Source: an uncultured Thermoproteaceae archaeon (GTDB taxonomy: Archaea > Thermoproteota > Thermoprotei > Thermoproteales > Thermocladiaceae). Taken from it: a stretch of 64,000 nt of DNA. Below, piece after piece: positions 29,556-39,646 of this stretch. Both the position numbers and the translations under genes were made by a program. Positions within the stretch are counted from its first letter, which is position 1, and each line of letters begins with the position of its first letter. Below the pieces are notes generated by a model. That model made no database searches. It was not told the origin of the DNA and was given only the letters and a program-made list of their open reading frames with translations. The DNA lies in the NCBI GenBank assembly GCA_964575955.1, contig CAZNTG010000006.1, positions 192,001 to 256,000 of the forward strand, read 5' to 3'.

Positions 29556-30506
29556 CTACTTTATACTCCAGTCAACTTTTCTTATCTTTAATCCATATTT
29601 CTTAGATAGGTATTCGCATGCTGATAATGCTGCTATAGCTCCCTGTCCTGCTGCAATTATTGCTTGTTTATATGGTATTGATGTTACATCACCTGCTGCA
29701 AATATTCCATCAACACTAGTTCTACATAATTCATCAACTACAATCTCACCCTTCTCATTAACTTTAACTAGATGAGATATATATCCTGTATCTACTCTAT
29801 ACCCAATCTCTATGAATACTCCATCAACATCTAGATACTTTAATTCTCCATTAATTTTAATTAAAACTCTCCTAACCTTAACATCTCCGTCAATTTTAAC
29901 AACATTACAATTATCTAAAATTTGCAACTTCCCACTCTCTAAATATTCTCTATATCTATCTTCAACATCTCGAATCTTTACTCTAGGAATCCAATATACT
30001 TTAGAACATGTTTTTAATAATGTATCTAGACTAAATTCAACATGTGGATCACTTCCAGATACATATAGGACTGTCTTACCTTTAAATAAAGCTGCATCAC
30101 AAATAACACAATAACTAACTCCACGACCTAGAAAGCGATCTTCACCATCAACATTAAGTTTTATTGGAGATTTTCCTGTTGTACATATAACAGAGCGTGA
30201 ATAATACTCTCTCCCTGATCTTGTAATTATCTTAAATATATCTTCAACCTTTTCAACTTTAACAACCTCGTCTATGATAAATTTAAAACCATACTTATAC
30301 AATTCGCCTAAGATCTTATTAATAATATCTGAACCTTTAACAACACCAACACCAGGATAATTCTCTATATGTGGAATTTTCATAAGTTGACCACCAATTT
30401 CACGACCTATAGCTAAGACATTTACTTTCTGTCTAAGAAGATATAGAGATGCTGTTAATCCAGCAATTCCTAAACCTATAACACATGTATCATATATCTG
30501 TGACAT
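29556..30506 (-). CDS. trxB: Thioredoxin reductase
   Basis: GLGIAG, GGQL, ENYPG, GRGVSYCVICD, GIFAAGDV, QAIIAAGQG. Confidence 0.92.
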   Translation of the reverse strand: MSQIYDTCVIGLGIAGLTASLYLLRQKVNVLAIGREIGGQLMKIPHIENYPGVGVVKGSDIINKILGELYKYGFKFIIDEVVKVEKVEDIFKIITRSGREYYSRSVICTTGKSPIKLNVDGEDRFLGRGVSYCVICDAALFKGKTVLYVSGSDPHVEFSLDTLLKTCSKVYWIPRVKIRDVEDRYREYLESGKLQILDNCNVVKIDGDVKVRRVLIKINGELKYLDVDGVFIEIGYRVDTGYISHLVKVNEKGEIVVDELCRTSVDGIFAAGDVTSIPYKQAIIAAGQGAIAALSACEYLSKKYGLKIRKVDWSIK

Positions 30507-30557
30507 TAGACATGTATAGGTTAAAGACTAGACATATCAACATTTCTCAATAAGGAC

Positions 30558-31289
30558 ATGTATAAGACTGTGGCAATATTGAGAACAGAGTATAAACATA
30601 GTAAAATAGATGAAAAATTCTTAAAGAAATTTAAAATTATTGAATATAAGGTATTGAAACCAATATTCAAAAATATAGAAGATAAGTATCATGTATGTGA
30701 TGTTGCAGTTTTAATGAGTTCACTCTCAGTTAAAGCTATAAAGATTAATAATCTAGTAATAAATTCAAAATTCATAATACCTGTTGGAGAAGATACATAT
30801 AGAGAACTTATAAATAACTTAGAAAATTTTACAGGTAAGATAATATTACCATCACACTACTCCTCATATGGTATTGTAGGTAAAATACGTGAAATACAGA
30901 AAAACCATAATATAAATATTGTAAATATCTACAGATCTGATCATGGTAGTAAGGTTATAAGAGAATTATTGAGAGATTTAAAAATTTGTGAATATTCTCT
31001 ATATAGTTTAAATCCAAATGACTATGTAATAGATATATTTCTGAAAAATCTAGAATATGTAGATATTATAATACCAATGTCATCACTAACCATTAAATGT
31101 GTACTAGATAGAGCTAAAAGATGGAAACTTGATAAATCTTTAAAAGAGAAGATTGTTATATGTCCTGGTCCTGAAGTGTATGGTACATGTATTTCACATA
31201 ATTTTGAAAAGGTCTACCTTGCTAATAATGCTAAGCTAGACAATATTTTTCAAACTCTAGAATATGTTCTAGAATATGAAGTTAATTGA
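30558..31289 (+). CDS. hemD: Uroporphyrinogen-III synthase
   Basis: MSSLSV, VGEDT, P-x-x-Y-SS, RS-x-x-G, MSS, GP; sits beside ahb genes. Confidence 0.75.
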   Translation: MYKTVAILRTEYKHSKIDEKFLKKFKIIEYKVLKPIFKNIEDKYHVCDVAVLMSSLSVKAIKINNLVINSKFIIPVGEDTYRELINNLENFTGKIILPSHYSSYGIVGKIREIQKNHNINIVNIYRSDHGSKVIRELLRDLKICEYSLYSLNPNDYVIDIFLKNLEYVDIIIPMSSLTIKCVLDRAKRWKLDKSLKEKIVICPGPEVYGTCISHNFEKVYLANNAKLDNIFQTLEYVLEYEVN

Positions 31290-32238
31290 CCTATTAATGA
31301 CACTTCAATATGATTTTCCTATTGACAAATCTCCATTTAGCAAGATAGCGTGTAGGTATGGTATTGATGTTGATAATCTCATATCATTAATTAGAAGACT
31401 TAGAGATTCAGGAGTTATTAGAAGAATTGGATCTGTACTAAATTATAGAAGTAGAGACCTCAAAGCAGCATTAGTAGCTCTTAAAGTTCCTGAACCATAT
31501 GTTGAAGATGTTTCAAAATATATAAACGAGCTTGGCGGTGTTTCACATAACTTCTTAAGAGAGCATGAATATAATATATGGTTTGTAATAAAGAGAAAGA
31601 ATATTGAAGATATAGTAAAAATTGTAAAAGAAATATGTTATAAGTATAGTATTAATAAGTATGTAGTTCTAGAATCTACAAAGACATATAGATTAGATGT
31701 TAGATTTGACTTATATAGAGGTATATCTAGAGCGAAAATATTAATACAAAATGAAAATCCTCCAAAACTTGAATCTGTATCAAGACTGCCTATAGAATTA
31801 CTCAGAGAGTTATGTAATATAGAAATCTCTGAAAGACCTTTCGTAAAGCTTTGTGAAAAGTATAATATTGATGAAGAATATCTAATAGAAGAGATTAAGA
31901 GGTTAATAAGTTTAAATGTTTTAAGAGATTTCTATGCAGTCCTAAATCAGGAACGTATTGGATTTAAGATAAATGCAATGATAATACTAGATGTAGATTT
32001 AGTAGATGAACATGTTAAAAATATACTTAATTTAGAAGAACCTACACATGTAGTATATAGAAGATTTATATATGGTAGTGATAAGATGTTTGAAGGATTA
32101 TACTTAATGATTCACGCTGTGTGTAGAGATGTAGTTCAAGATTTTATACGTAGAAACTTACAGAAGTATAAGTTTCAAATTATTTATAGTTGTAGAAATC
32201 TGCTACCATCAATGCCTCATGATATAGAATATACCTAA
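31276..32238 (+). CDS. ahbAB: Fused siroheme decarboxylase AhbAB (two Lrp/AsnC-like repeats)
   Basis: LQYDFPI-x-x-PF, GVIRRIG, VSHNFLRE-x-x-YNIWF; second repeat ERPF...THVVYR...LYLMIHA. Confidence 0.85.
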   Translation: MKLIDLLMTLQYDFPIDKSPFSKIACRYGIDVDNLISLIRRLRDSGVIRRIGSVLNYRSRDLKAALVALKVPEPYVEDVSKYINELGGVSHNFLREHEYNIWFVIKRKNIEDIVKIVKEICYKYSINKYVVLESTKTYRLDVRFDLYRGISRAKILIQNENPPKLESVSRLPIELLRELCNIEISERPFVKLCEKYNIDEEYLIEEIKRLISLNVLRDFYAVLNQERIGFKINAMIILDVDLVDEHVKNILNLEEPTHVVYRRFIYGSDKMFEGLYLMIHAVCRDVVQDFIRRNLQKYKFQIIYSCRNLLPSMPHDIEYT

Positions 32239-32248
32239 GCACGATGTG

Positions 32249-32965
32249 TCATGTTAAGTATTTACAACTTTCACACTCTTTCAATCTATCTATTCTGAAT
32301 GTTCTAAGAGTAGGTTTTTCCAAATCTACAAATATCGCTCTAGGCTCCTTACGACCTTTAACATACTCTAAAAATTCTCTAACCTGTAATGATGCAGTTA
32401 ATGAACATGTAAATGCCAATACTTCAACTCTACGAACTCTAGAAGTTCTAAGTATGCATCTTAGACATGGACCATCTCCAGGTAGAAATATTACCTGTCC
32501 TCTTAACTCCGATACACCACCATGAATCATGGGCTTTCTATATCTTAGACATAGATCATTAATAACTAGTCTAGAATCTATATTATCCAAACAGTCAAAA
32601 ATAATATCAACTTTCTTCACAATCTCATGTATTAATCCACTATCTTCAAATATCTTAGTATTTATACAACATATAGATGTATCATTTACAAATTTCGACA
32701 ATTTTCTGTAGGCTATAATAGTTTTATAAATACCAACACTCTGATAATCATATAGTATTTGTCTATTTAAATCTGGAATACTTACTCTATCAAAATCTAC
32801 AAGTACTAGCTCTCCAACTCCAAGACAGGTTAATAGATATGAAACGTAAGATCCAAGACCACCTATTCCAAATATCGCAACCTTATAATGTCTAATTCTT
32901 CTCTGTAACTCTTCTCCAATTATTCTCAATTGTCTTTCAAATCTTGTTAAGTTCAAATTAACCAC
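32249..32965 (-). CDS. ThiF/MoeB-family E1-like adenylyltransferase
   Basis: RFERQ, GIGGLG, DFDRVS-x-x-DLNRQ, DCLDN, CLRC, C-terminal CESC. Confidence 0.9.
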   Translation of the reverse strand: MVNLNLTRFERQLRIIGEELQRRIRHYKVAIFGIGGLGSYVSYLLTCLGVGELVLVDFDRVSIPDLNRQILYDYQSVGIYKTIIAYRKLSKFVNDTSICCINTKIFEDSGLIHEIVKKVDIIFDCLDNIDSRLVINDLCLRYRKPMIHGGVSELRGQVIFLPGDGPCLRCILRTSRVRRVEVLAFTCSLTASLQVREFLEYVKGRKEPRAIFVDLEKPTLRTFRIDRLKECESCKYLT

Positions 32966-33203
32966 CTAATACTGAGTCTATAATTTCTACCTCTATATCT
33001 TCACAAATTTTATAGGGTAGTGGTAGAATTCTATCATTTGATAATACTATTAGCGAATCTTTATCTAAATTAGGATATTTACTACATAACAATTCTAATA
33101 ACTCTCTAATAGTTACACACTTATCTAAAAATATCTCAACTTTATCCACACCAACTCTCTCACTTAAATACTTTCCAAATCTAACTATAGCCTTAACACC
33201 CAT
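32958..33203 (-). CDS. MoaD/ThiS-family ubiquitin-like sulfur carrier
   Basis: 81 aa with beta-grasp pattern and C-terminal GG; adjacent to the E1 gene. Confidence 0.85.
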   Translation of the reverse strand: MGVKAIVRFGKYLSERVGVDKVEIFLDKCVTIRELLELLCSKYPNLDKDSLIVLSNDRILPLPYKICEDIEVEIIDSVLGG

Positions 33204-33206
33204 ACT

Positions 33207-34325
33207 CTATGTAGAAAATATTTCTTCAAGAAGTTTAATTTTCCAATCATCAATATTTAATCTAGCACTAACAGCTAGAGTATATAATCCATACAGTGTG
33301 CAATCTTTATCAAATCTCTCTACAACTCTAATACTACATCCTCTACAGTATTCATATAATCTACATCTAGTACAGTAAGAATGTTCGTACCTTTTAGATA
33401 GTATATCTTCAATACTTTCATAAATTAAATTCCCTAAAGATTTACTATTATTGAATTGACATGGATATACTGTACAGTCTGGGTATATTGATATTATTGA
33501 TCTTCCTGCACTACATCTACATCTTCTATAGAATCTACCTATGGTATCTTCAAATTCTCTCTTTGAATTAGATGATAGTAGTGCTATAGTTAGGAAGTCT
33601 GAAGGTTCTGTTACAGTTAGTACATCTATATTTTTATAATATTTGACAAGTTTCATTAGATAGTTCAGGAATAATGTTTCAATTTCTCTACTAGGCTTTA
33701 ATTTTGAGTACGTATCTACACCTCTTCCTGATGGTGCTAGATGATATATACATAGTCTATGTATACCATATTTAGAGCATAGTTTAAACATGTCTTCTAT
33801 AGTGTACATAGATGTCCATGTTAAAGTCATTCTTATACCAACATTGATCTTATTATTAACTAACATCCTTATACTCTCAACTATTTTATCAAAATTTGAA
33901 CCAACTCTAATTTTTGAATCATATCTAGATGGTATGTCTAGACTAATACCTATATAGTCTACATCATACTTCTTCAACATGTCTACATGTCTATCACTTA
34001 TAAACATTCCACTACTACTAATTACGAATTTAATATTATTATCATTCAACATTTGAAATACATATTCAATAGTTGGATATAGTAATGGTTCACCACCACT
34101 CAATATTACAAGTCTTGGATTTATTTTAGATATTTCTTTAATGACTTTACTAACATTCTCTAACGACATTTCTAATCCTGTTATTGTTGATGAGCTATAA
34201 CAGTATACGCATCTTAATGCACATTTTTGAGATATGTTTAATACTACAATACCTTTACCATGTCTAGTTCCGATACTCCTACTTATGGTGACTTCTCCAT
34301 TAACAATTTCAGATATTGGAATCAC
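33207..34325 (-). CDS. Radical SAM/SPASM protein, AhbC/NirJ-like
   Basis: CALRCVYC, SGGEPL, YIGISLD, RLCIYHL-x-x-SGRG, CSAG...VYPCQF, CTRC...CRGC; next to ahbAB. Confidence 0.82.
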   Translation of the reverse strand: MIPISEIVNGEVTISRSIGTRHGKGIVVLNISQKCALRCVYCYSSSTITGLEMSLENVSKVIKEISKINPRLVILSGGEPLLYPTIEYVFQMLNDNNIKFVISSSGMFISDRHVDMLKKYDVDYIGISLDIPSRYDSKIRVGSNFDKIVESIRMLVNNKINVGIRMTLTWTSMYTIEDMFKLCSKYGIHRLCIYHLAPSGRGVDTYSKLKPSREIETLFLNYLMKLVKYYKNIDVLTVTEPSDFLTIALLSSNSKREFEDTIGRFYRRCRCSAGRSIISIYPDCTVYPCQFNNSKSLGNLIYESIEDILSKRYEHSYCTRCRLYEYCRGCSIRVVERFDKDCTLYGLYTLAVSARLNIDDWKIKLLEEIFST

Positions 34326-34377
34326 ACTAACACACCTACATCAAACTTATTAAGTAATCACATGCACTACTAGATGT

Positions 34378-34707
34378 ATGGCAAGTACAGCCTCAGCACT
34401 TGAAAGTGTGTATGAGTTAATGAAGAAGATTGATCAATATGTTGATGAGGTATATAAGGCTAAGGCAAGAGCTGAAGAAGATATTAGAAAGAAAGTTGAA
34501 GCTGCAAAACAGGAAGTACAAAAGCAACTAGAGGCTTTTATTAATGAACTTCTACAAAAGTATAAACAGGAACTTGAGAAGATGATAGAAGAGGATGTCT
34601 CAAAGTATAGACAATCATTAGAGTCAAAATTGTCAGACTTCACATCTAAAGTTGAGTCTAGATTTGAGAAAGTTGTTGAAGAAGTATTAAAAATGTTAGG
34701 ATTCTAA
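34378..34707 (+). CDS. A/V-type ATP synthase peripheral stalk subunit G/H-like
   Basis: 109-aa charged coiled coil ending EKVVEEVLKMLG; near atpD. Confidence 0.65.
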   Translation: MASTASALESVYELMKKIDQYVDEVYKAKARAEEDIRKKVEAAKQEVQKQLEAFINELLQKYKQELEKMIEEDVSKYRQSLESKLSDFTSKVESRFEKVVEEVLKMLGF

Positions 34708-34730
34708 GTTTTAAAAAGAGTAGAGTTGTA

Positions 34731-34877
34731 CTATCTAATTTGTTCTCTTATTCTATTAACCATCTCTAGAAGTTGTTTATGATATCTATCAATTTCCTGT
34801 GCTATATCATTCATGTATTTACTTACTAGTTCTTTCATCTTATCTTCAATCTGTTCTCTTAATCCTCTCTGTGACAT
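34731..34877 (-). CDS. 48-aa coiled-coil protein downstream of atpD (not in the ORF track)
   Basis: ATG 10 nt after the atpD stop; MSQRGLREQIEDKMKELVSKYMNDIAQEIDRYHKQLLEMVNRIREQIR*; typical codon usage. Confidence 0.6.
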   Translation of the reverse strand: MSQRGLREQIEDKMKELVSKYMNDIAQEIDRYHKQLLEMVNRIREQIR

Positions 34878-34886
34878 GGTTTAACC

Positions 34887-35504
34887 TTATCCTCCTAGGA
34901 TTATTTGTATTACCTTTCTTCTAACAAATTCCTCTCTCTCCTCTTCATCTAATGCAAGTCTTAAATTCTTAATAGCTTCTTCTAGTCTGGGTAGTATTAC
35001 GTAATCTATAGCGTTTATCATTCTCTGATACTCTTTTGCTCTTGATAGTAGTGTGTAGAATATATTTTCAAGATTTAGAAGTTCTAGTAGTTTGTCAATA
35101 GTCTTATAGAGCAAGTTCATAGACATGTCAAATTCTGGAGGTATACTTACGATACTATAGTTTGGTGCTGATATTCCTACAAATTTTGCACTTTGAAACT
35201 TAACACCTTCATACTCTCTAACTTCATACTCTACATGTACAGTTGGTGGAACCATCTCGCCTAGCTTACCAACTTCATCAATTCCAGCTCTTGCAATTCC
35301 AAGTTTTAACCAGTCTGATACTTGTTGTAGTTGTTCATATACTACTTTTCTAGTTTCTTCAAGTTTTGGAATAATTACTCTAATTTTCTGTATTGTTGCA
35401 TTTCTAGCATCTTCAATAGTTTTTCTAACTCTCTTATACAATCTTTCACTCATTCTAAATCTCAGTAATGTTAATCTAGACTTTACATAGCTTGCAACTG
35501 CCAT
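34887..35504 (-). CDS. atpD: A-type ATP synthase subunit D
   Basis: QRMINAIDYVILP...LDEEEREEFVRRK signature. Confidence 0.9.
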   Translation of the reverse strand: MAVASYVKSRLTLLRFRMSERLYKRVRKTIEDARNATIQKIRVIIPKLEETRKVVYEQLQQVSDWLKLGIARAGIDEVGKLGEMVPPTVHVEYEVREYEGVKFQSAKFVGISAPNYSIVSIPPEFDMSMNLLYKTIDKLLELLNLENIFYTLLSRAKEYQRMINAIDYVILPRLEEAIKNLRLALDEEEREEFVRRKVIQIILGG

Positions 35505-35546
35505 TATATGTACCTATGTTAGTTTAAGTGAAAAGTTTTACTTTCC

Positions 35547-36434
35547 TTAAAATATGTGGAATATTAACATTGCTGTGAAGATTATTGCTAGTAGTGGATA
35601 TGTGAGTTTGTAGCATATAAATGTCAACTTCTTACTACTTCTCCAATCTTTTAACCCAATCCTAATCATAAGATATATCTCAGACATAAATACTACAAGT
35701 ATTACAGGAACGTATAGTGGAGATACTAGTCCTAATAATGGTGGTGTTAATGCTAGTAGACATGTTGCTAATAGTGCAATAAATGTTGCAAGATATGGTA
35801 TCCATGGTTTTCTCCAAAATCTCACAGTTATAGTTGGAACTCCAGCAAGTGCATAATCTTCAGCCCAGTGCATTGCTACAGCCCATAGATGTGTTAATAC
35901 CCAGAAATATCCCATAAGTGCTATAACTATTCCTGAAATTGTTATGAGACCAGTAGCTACATACCATGCATGTAGTATAACACATACATATGCTAATGCT
36001 GCTACTAGTATGCTAGTCCAAGACTTTCTCTTCAATAATGCCGTATATAGATAGACATATGTCAACATTGCAAATGTGTAGAGTAGTGGTGTCATATAGT
36101 CTCTCAATAGTACTGAAACTATAATCATGAATAGTGTTGACACTATACCAAATATTTTACAGAATTTCTTAGCTTCATCATATGATAAGTCTCCTCTAGC
36201 AAGTACCCTCCTATATCTAGTTCTTCTCATAATCTCATCTATATCTTTATCAAGTAGATTATTCATTGCATTTCCCCAAGATATTCCAAGAATTATTACA
36301 ATACTTTCAAGAATAAATTTAACATAGTTAAAACATCCTGATAGTGCTACTAGAAATGCTATAAGCCATGTATAGTATACACTTGCAGTTACGTGAGGTT
36401 TTGTTAGTAGTAGATATGCCTTTAATTTACGCAT
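35547..36434 (-). CDS. ctaB: Protoheme IX farnesyltransferase (UbiA family)
   Basis: LTKP, NNLLDKDIDEIMRRT-x-x-R, YT-x-x-LKR, FW-x-x-x-HLW, DYALAGVP. Confidence 0.88.
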   Translation of the reverse strand: MRKLKAYLLLTKPHVTASVYYTWLIAFLVALSGCFNYVKFILESIVIILGISWGNAMNNLLDKDIDEIMRRTRYRRVLARGDLSYDEAKKFCKIFGIVSTLFMIIVSVLLRDYMTPLLYTFAMLTYVYLYTALLKRKSWTSILVAALAYVCVILHAWYVATGLITISGIVIALMGYFWVLTHLWAVAMHWAEDYALAGVPTITVRFWRKPWIPYLATFIALLATCLLALTPPLLGLVSPLYVPVILVVFMSEIYLMIRIGLKDWRSSKKLTFICYKLTYPLLAIIFTAMLIFHIF

Positions 36435-36497
36435 ACTTGAGAAAATTATGTACAGTCTGTTTTTTAACTTAGACCTATACCTACTAGATTTAAAGTA

Positions 36498-37319
36498 ATG
36501 AGAATTAGCATATCTGAAGCATGGAGAAGAGTTAGGAGAGTGTTAGAAGATTCTGATCTAGTACTTGAAATTGCTGATGCTAGAGAACCATTAGAGACTA
36601 GAAATGTCAGAATTGAACAGCTTGCGTCAAAACTTGGAAAGCCAATAATACTAGTATTAAATAAGTGTGATCTTGTACCATTTGAAATATTAGAGAAGTG
36701 GAAGAAGTTTTTAGAAAGAGAAATTCCAACAGTATTTCTAAGTGCTAAATATAGACTTGGAACTAGAAAACTGATACTCTACATAAAGAAGTATGCACCA
36801 AGACTACCTGTAAGAGTTGCAGTTGTAGGATATCCAAATGTTGGAAAATCAACAATAATAAACTATCTAAAAGGTAAACATGTAGCACAGACAAGTCCAG
36901 TACCTGGATGGACTAAGGGAGAGCAGATTGTTAAAGCAAAATCATGGCTATACGTAATAGATACTCCAGGTGTAATACCTGTAGAGGAAGTTAAAGATGA
37001 GGCACTTCTCATAATTAAAGGTGCTATAGATCCAGGAAGACTCCAAGATCCTGTATATCCAGCTGTTAAGCTTATAGAGAGAATATTGAAGTATAATCCA
37101 ACAGCATTTTTAGAGAGGTACGGAATTGAAGATAGAGATCCTGAGAAGATAATTGAAAATGTTGCTAAAAAGAGAGGACTACTACTGAAAGGTGCAAAAC
37201 CAAACATTGAAGAAGCTGCAAGAGCAATAATTAAAGATTGGATTGAGGGAAGAATAACCTATTATAGAGAGCCTGAGGAGTACTATGTCAATGTTGAGAA
37301 GAGCGAGACCATTAGTTGA
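36498..37319 (+). CDS. Circularly permuted ribosome-biogenesis GTPase (YlqF/RbgA family)
   Basis: DAR-P, NKCD, SAK, GYPNVGKS, PGWTKG and DTPG in permuted order. Confidence 0.93.
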   Translation: MRISISEAWRRVRRVLEDSDLVLEIADAREPLETRNVRIEQLASKLGKPIILVLNKCDLVPFEILEKWKKFLEREIPTVFLSAKYRLGTRKLILYIKKYAPRLPVRVAVVGYPNVGKSTIINYLKGKHVAQTSPVPGWTKGEQIVKAKSWLYVIDTPGVIPVEEVKDEALLIIKGAIDPGRLQDPVYPAVKLIERILKYNPTAFLERYGIEDRDPEKIIENVAKKRGLLLKGAKPNIEEAARAIIKDWIEGRITYYREPEEYYVNVEKSETIS

Positions 37320-38199
37320 ATTTCCAGATACGGATCCTGTAAAGTATTATGCTAGAGTAGCTAGATATATGATGAAAGTTGTTGAAGAGCGTAGATTAGC
37401 AGCAATAGTTCAAAAGAATTCAGATGTTAGACTTGTAAGATCTATAAGGTATAAATCTGGAATTAGAAGACCAATAATAGTCACGAAAGATAGTCAAATA
37501 CCATCAATGGCTAAGAGAGGTGTTGTAGATATAATGTTTTCAGTAACTAAGATTAAAGAAGAACTACCTGATGTATTTGTTGTAGATATAAAAGCAGATA
37601 AGTATGTATGGATTCATGAAAATAATTGGTACATATTCGACCTAGTTGTACAGATTGTATGTAACTTCCTCAAATATATGGATATTGACAACTATATAGT
37701 ATGCTTTGATGGTATGAATGGTTATAAAGTCATAACACTATTAGATGTAGATAATGCAAAATCATATGTAAAAGAGAGACAGCAATATATGAAGATACTT
37801 TCAAAGTGTATAGAATTGTTAAAAGATGTTGCAGTTAGAGTAGCAAAACACTACAAATCAGTCTATTCAGGACTTGACCTATTTTCACACATGTTGATTA
37901 GCGGTAATACAACATTGAAGATTGGTCTATGTAGAGTACCATTCTCACTACACTGGTCAACAAAATTAGTAGCTCTACCACTACAAACACCTGTTAGAGA
38001 GTTCTCAGTAATGAAAGCACTACCTTCAAGAGTTATGGATAAAGCTGAGAACTATGGTCAGGTTATAGAGCAGAGATGGAGATATTCAAAGGTTGATAAA
38101 CTGATTAAGACAATTGAAGAGTGTATGAAAGGTCAATATGTAGAACATGTATATAAAGCTAAAGCATACATAATGTCTCACATAAGCTTAGAATCTTGA
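37285..38199 (+). CDS. Archaeo-eukaryotic primase-fold protein (LigD-Pol/PrimPol-like), degenerate active site
   Basis: PDVFVVDIK, FDGMNGYK and RVPFSLH...VALPL match the AEP motif layout, with D to K and H to K changes. Confidence 0.6.
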   Translation: MSMLRRARPLVEFPDTDPVKYYARVARYMMKVVEERRLAAIVQKNSDVRLVRSIRYKSGIRRPIIVTKDSQIPSMAKRGVVDIMFSVTKIKEELPDVFVVDIKADKYVWIHENNWYIFDLVVQIVCNFLKYMDIDNYIVCFDGMNGYKVITLLDVDNAKSYVKERQQYMKILSKCIELLKDVAVRVAKHYKSVYSGLDLFSHMLISGNTTLKIGLCRVPFSLHWSTKLVALPLQTPVREFSVMKALPSRVMDKAENYGQVIEQRWRYSKVDKLIKTIEECMKGQYVEHVYKAKAYIMSHISLES

Positions 38200-38208
38200 G
38201 AATATATA

Positions 38209-38781
38209 ATGAATATTGCTAAATCTATACTACACTACATTTTAAGTATCGAAATACTATTACCAACAACATTAGTATTACTACTATTATTTCAAACTAT
38301 ATTAAACTTCAAGTACTACATAGTTCTAGATCTATATTGTAAATCTTCAACAGTGATAAAAATACCTATCCTACTGTCAAATGTTGTTATTGACTGTTCT
38401 AGAGATAGCATATATGTGTGTGATATCTGCAGTATACTACCATACATATTTATACCATTGGTAGTTTTAACATATGTCCTATATAGGAGGTTTTTATATA
38501 GAAGTTCTATCTTTACAATATTTACAAAGTGTTTAACTTATAGTAGTATTATACTGCTAATACCATTACCACTCTACTACAATATAGGTACTGTATCTTT
38601 TACATTAATAATTTCAAATCCACTACTATCATCATGTATATACATTATGCAAATTCCAGCTATATTTCTATCTAGAGTATTTCCAGAAGATATGCAAATT
38701 ACAGAGATATTTGTAAGTATAGATGAGTTAACTGAAGATACTATAACTATTCATGAAGAAGAATCTGAGCAAGAATCTTAA
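38209..38781 (+). CDS. Hypothetical membrane protein with acidic tail
   Basis: Multiple TM helices; E-rich C-terminus. Confidence 0.65.
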   Translation: MNIAKSILHYILSIEILLPTTLVLLLLFQTILNFKYYIVLDLYCKSSTVIKIPILLSNVVIDCSRDSIYVCDICSILPYIFIPLVVLTYVLYRRFLYRSSIFTIFTKCLTYSSIILLIPLPLYYNIGTVSFTLIISNPLLSSCIYIMQIPAIFLSRVFPEDMQITEIFVSIDELTEDTITIHEEESEQES

Positions 38782-38824
38782 TTTAACGAAATGTTTATTA
38801 ACACTTTAAGCATTTATTATTAAA

Positions 38825-39646
38825 GTGAGTAGTGAGTTAGTTAGAGGTTTATCTAAATTTTCTACAGCATCACTACTAGAGTTTATAGCTATAATATTGC
38901 TATTAGCTGGTTCTGGAGTAATGATTAGTATTGCAAGTTACTACTACAAGTTTTTAGAGATTGCTCAAAAACTATCTCTACACCTAATATCTCCAAGCCA
39001 GATACCTTCATGGTTTTACACTGTTGCAACATATATGACTATAGGCTCAGCATTAATAATACTATTCCTAATAATTTCAGCTGTTTCAGCATATGCATTC
39101 CTATGGCCTGCATTTTCAGCATTTTCAAGACATGATAAGAAATTCTATATACCAAATCTACTAGTTAAAATTGGAATTGTTGGATATACTGTAATGTTTA
39201 TATCATCTATAGCTCTCTCAACATATTTCACAACAGTACTAATCCGCTCAATACATAAGATGAGTCCTATCGGCATACTATTATACATTAAGAGTCTTAC
39301 AATGAAGATACTTCCAATAGCTTTAACATTAGGAATATTGTTAACTATATTTCATATATTAACTCTATGTGGAATATGTATTGGATTATACTATCTTAGA
39401 AGTTATGGTCTTTCAGGACTATTTACAATATCCATGATCTTGCTCATAATAGATATAGTACTTATAATTGTTACAACTCCTGGAATTCATACAACATTAT
39501 CAATGTTTAGAATGGCTACAGCTGTATCAAGTATTACGAGTCTTATCCAACCAATACCTGGATTAATAGCCTGTATACTGATATTTATAGCTTGTAGAAT
39601 TTTGAAATCTAGAATTGAGAAAGAGGAAACTGTTACTCAAGTTTAA
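38825..39646 (+). CDS. Membrane protein (DUF973/DUF996-like)
   Basis: LVRGL start and six TM helices, typical of crenarchaeal membrane families. Confidence 0.65.
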   Translation: MSSELVRGLSKFSTASLLEFIAIILLLAGSGVMISIASYYYKFLEIAQKLSLHLISPSQIPSWFYTVATYMTIGSALIILFLIISAVSAYAFLWPAFSAFSRHDKKFYIPNLLVKIGIVGYTVMFISSIALSTYFTTVLIRSIHKMSPIGILLYIKSLTMKILPIALTLGILLTIFHILTLCGICIGLYYLRSYGLSGLFTISMILLIIDIVLIIVTTPGIHTTLSMFRMATAVSSITSLIQPIPGLIACILIFIACRILKSRIEKEETVTQV

